This document shows positions 16,184 through 18,512 of a DNA stretch of 18,512 bases, piece after piece. The notes under the pieces are model-generated. The model was given only the letters and a program-made list of their open reading frames with translations, searched no databases and was not told the DNA's origin. The stretch is from the NCBI GenBank assembly GCA_964549305.1, contig CAZJVM010000010.1:1-18512 (forward strand), written 5' to 3'. This DNA is from an uncultured bacterium (GTDB taxonomy: Bacteria; Schekmanbacteria; GWA2-38-11; J061). Both the position numbers and the translations under genes were made by a program. Positions within the stretch are counted from its first letter, which is position 1. Every line of letters starts with the position of its first letter.

Positions 16184-17248
16184 ATGGCGTTTCCGAAGAT
16201 TTCACATTCAAAGCCGGATATAGGCGCGAAAGAAGTCAAAGCTCTTGTCTCCGTTTTAAAAAGCGGGATTATAGCGTCAGGCAGGGAAACGGAAGAGCTT
16301 GAAAAAATTTTCGCGCGAAAAATTAAAAGAAAATATGCCGTTGCCCTGAACAGCGGCACTTCGGCGCTTCACCTGTCACTCCTTGCCCTTGGCACAGGTG
16401 CGGGAAGCGAAGTTATCATTCCTTCCTATGTATGCACTGCGCTTCTAAACGCGGTAAATTATACGGGCGCGACGGCGGTGATTGCCGATGTCTCTCCCGA
16501 TGACGGCAATATTCGCGCGGATTTCGTAAAGAAGAAAATCACATCGAAAACGAAAGCAGTCATCGTGCCCCATATGTTTGGAAAGCCCGCCGAAACCAAA
16601 GAAATCGCCGCTTTGGGAATTCCCGTCATTGAAGACTGCGCGCAGTCTCTCGGCTCACAGTACAGAGGCAAGATTGCCGGCGAAGAGGGTAGGATTTCTG
16701 TTTTTTCCTTTTACGCCACAAAGGTCATTGCCGCGGGCGAGGGCGGAATTGCCGCCATGGACAACAAAGCCATTGCCGCAAAGATAAGGAATTGGCGAAG
16801 CTATGATGGGAGGGAAAAATATGAAGTTAGGTATAACTATAAGATGACGGATATGTCAGCATCTCTTGCCAAGGTGCAACTGTCGCGACTTACCGAATTC
16901 ATAAAAAAGCGCGGACAAATCGCCTCCCTTTATAAAGAAAAAATATCATCGCGAAATATTATTCATCCTTCAGGTATAAAGGGCGTGAAGCATATCTATT
17001 ACCGTTATGTGGTAAAAATTAAAAAGGGAAATGTTGACAATATTGTCGCAAAGTTTCACGGGAAAAATATTTGTGCCGAGAAACCTGTTTTCAAGCCTCT
17101 GCACCGGTATCTTAAATTGCGCGGCGCTGATTTTCCCGGCTCAGAAGAATGCCAAAGGAGTTTTATCTCGTTGCCTCTTTACCCCGCGCTCAGCAATAGA
17201 GAAGCGGAAAGGGTCGCAAAAGTTTCTCTGGAGATTTTCGGTGGATAA
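16184..17248 (+). CDS. DegT/DnrJ/EryC1/StrS PLP-dependent sugar aminotransferase
   Basis: NSGTSALHL, VPHMFG, IEDCAQSLG, SFYATK (PLP lysine)..GEGG, YNYKMTD and ISLPLYP motifs. Confidence 0.93.
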   Translation: MAFPKISHSKPDIGAKEVKALVSVLKSGIIASGRETEELEKIFARKIKRKYAVALNSGTSALHLSLLALGTGAGSEVIIPSYVCTALLNAVNYTGATAVIADVSPDDGNIRADFVKKKITSKTKAVIVPHMFGKPAETKEIAALGIPVIEDCAQSLGSQYRGKIAGEEGRISVFSFYATKVIAAGEGGIAAMDNKAIAAKIRNWRSYDGREKYEVRYNYKMTDMSASLAKVQLSRLTEFIKKRGQIASLYKEKISSRNIIHPSGIKGVKHIYYRYVVKIKKGNVDNIVAKFHGKNICAEKPVFKPLHRYLKLRGADFPGSEECQRSFISLPLYPALSNREAERVAKVSLEIFGG

Positions 17249-18392
17249 AAAAAACTATTCCATAGATAATAGCAGGTGGCTTTACGGCATTTCCTTTGCG
17301 GTGTTTCTTTTGTTGATTGTTCCGCAGGTGCGATTCTTTTTCACCGATTTGGGAATAAGATGGATATACATACTCATTTTTTCTGCGGCGCTCTCATACA
17401 TACTCGTGCCTCTTGCGGAGATTGTGGCATACAGAAACAGCTTTGTGGACATTCCCGACGAAGCGCGAAAAATACACAAGAATGCGACGCCTCTTTTGGG
17501 CGGTGTCGCCGTTTATATGGCTATTCTTGCCTCTCTTGCACTAAACAATATTTTCTCTTTCGAGTTGCTTGCCGTCATTGCGGGAGGCACCCTTATAATG
17601 ATTTCCGGGCTTTTAGACATTAAATTGAAGATAAGGGCGCTATACCGCCTGATTGTCCAGCTAATAGCCGTTGTCATTGTTATCTATTCGGGAGTTGTTC
17701 TCACGATTTTTCCTCAGCACACACTGCTCTGGTATCTTAATATTCCCTTTACTTTCCTCTGGATAATCGGTCTTACAAATTCAATGAATTTCTTTGACGG
17801 AATGGACGGGCTTGCCGCCGGATTGTCAGTTGTCATTTCCTTTTTCATTGGCATTCTTGCCTATCAGAATTCACAGCCCTTTCTCGGGTGGATTGCCACT
17901 GCCGTAATCGGCGCCTGTCTTGGATTTTTTCCCTATAACTTCAAGATGAAGAAGGATGCGAGCATTTTTCTCGGCGATTGCGGTTCGAATTTTCTTGGAT
18001 TTGTTCTTGCCTGTATGGCAATTCAGGTGGATTGGTCTGAGAAAAATACGATAGTTTCCGTAATTGCCCCCATGCTCATATTCAGCATTCTCATCTATGA
18101 TATGCTCTATATAACCGTTGAGAGATTTGTAAGCGGAAAGGTGAGCAATTTTACAGAATGGATTGAATATGTGGGGAAAGACCATCTCCATCACAGAATG
18201 GACGCCCTCTTCAACAGCAAAAGAAAAACCGTTCTTTTTATCTTTCTCTTCAATATCGGAATGGGATGTTCTGCCCTTGCAATGCGCAATTCAGACAACT
18301 TCGACTCCCTGATACTCGTATTTCAGGGTGTGGTCTTCCTTGTCCTCATAACCGTCCTTGAGCGCCTCGGAAACAAAGCCCGCCAGAAATAG
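17241..18392 (+). CDS. Polyprenyl-phosphate N-acetylhexosamine-1-phosphate transferase (WecA/TagO-like, MraY family)
   Basis: VDIP..RKIH...TPLLGG, NSMNFFDGMDGLA, YNF...IFLGDCGS and HLHHR motifs. The real start is probably the GTG at 17241 (GGAG at 17230-17233, 8-nt overlap with the DegT-family gene), giving 383 aa, rather than the track's 17031. Confidence 0.9.
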   Translation: MDKKNYSIDNSRWLYGISFAVFLLLIVPQVRFFFTDLGIRWIYILIFSAALSYILVPLAEIVAYRNSFVDIPDEARKIHKNATPLLGGVAVYMAILASLALNNIFSFELLAVIAGGTLIMISGLLDIKLKIRALYRLIVQLIAVVIVIYSGVVLTIFPQHTLLWYLNIPFTFLWIIGLTNSMNFFDGMDGLAAGLSVVISFFIGILAYQNSQPFLGWIATAVIGACLGFFPYNFKMKKDASIFLGDCGSNFLGFVLACMAIQVDWSEKNTIVSVIAPMLIFSILIYDMLYITVERFVSGKVSNFTEWIEYVGKDHLHHRMDALFNSKRKTVLFIFLFNIGMGCSALAMRNSDNFDSLILVFQGVVFLVLITVLERLGNKARQK

Positions 18393-18512
18393 AAAGAATT
18401 TTCTCCATTCTCCGCTGTTTCCCTGCCCTTGGGCAGTGTCGCTATTAATGGTGGTTTGTATATTCCCTTCGCAAGCTAAAGGTCGCATTTTGATTCTTCT
18501 AAATAAAAATCT

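Noticed and set aside
17031-17240. 70-aa N-terminal extension of the WecA-like ORF
   Set aside because: It overlaps the DegT-family gene by over 200 nt and has no family-like sequence; a GTG with a GGAG RBS at 17241 gives a normal coupled start.
17981-17990. GGTTCGAA as a duplicated tRNA 3' end (attR)
   Set aside because: Only an 8-nt match, lying inside the conserved GDCGSN codons of the WecA-like gene; coincidental.
18423-18436. Hairpin CTGCC-CTTG-GGCAG as the operon's intrinsic terminator
   Set aside because: Short stem with no following U-tract; kept only as a copy of the palindromic motif.
1263-18488. Numerous minus-strand ORFs and short alternative-frame + strand ORFs of 60-160 aa
   Set aside because: All lie largely or entirely over well-supported + strand genes and show no recognisable motifs; they are treated as shadow ORFs.

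Overview
Bacterial chromosomal window, apparently from a diderm (TonB-dependent receptor, Wza-like lipoprotein); every supported gene is on the + strand. From left to right: the C-terminal 299 codons of a TonB-dependent receptor with an intrinsic terminator; a secreted S8 subtilase with a CUB-like domain inserted inside its catalytic domain; tRNA-Arg(CCG) and tRNA-Val(CAC), both without encoded CCA; and a ~14.4 kb, tightly packed 12-gene Wzy-type exopolysaccharide/capsule operon. The operon order is ExeA-like AAA ATPase, partly degenerate HD-GYP protein, Wza, Wzc with an extra C-terminal TM helix, Wzy/O-antigen-ligase-like protein, two GT4 glycosyltransferases, exported membrane-anchored PHP metallohydrolase, WbqC, PIG-L deacetylase, DegT aminotransferase, WecA/MraY-family transferase. 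The best candidate for an undescribed system is this operon's non-canonical accessory set: the ATPase + HD-GYP head module, the PHP hydrolase split by a TM hairpin, the 3-TM Wzc and the WbqC/PIG-L/DegT tailoring cassette. No CRISPR array, integrase or transposase was seen. All family calls come from motif recognition by eye, not database searches.
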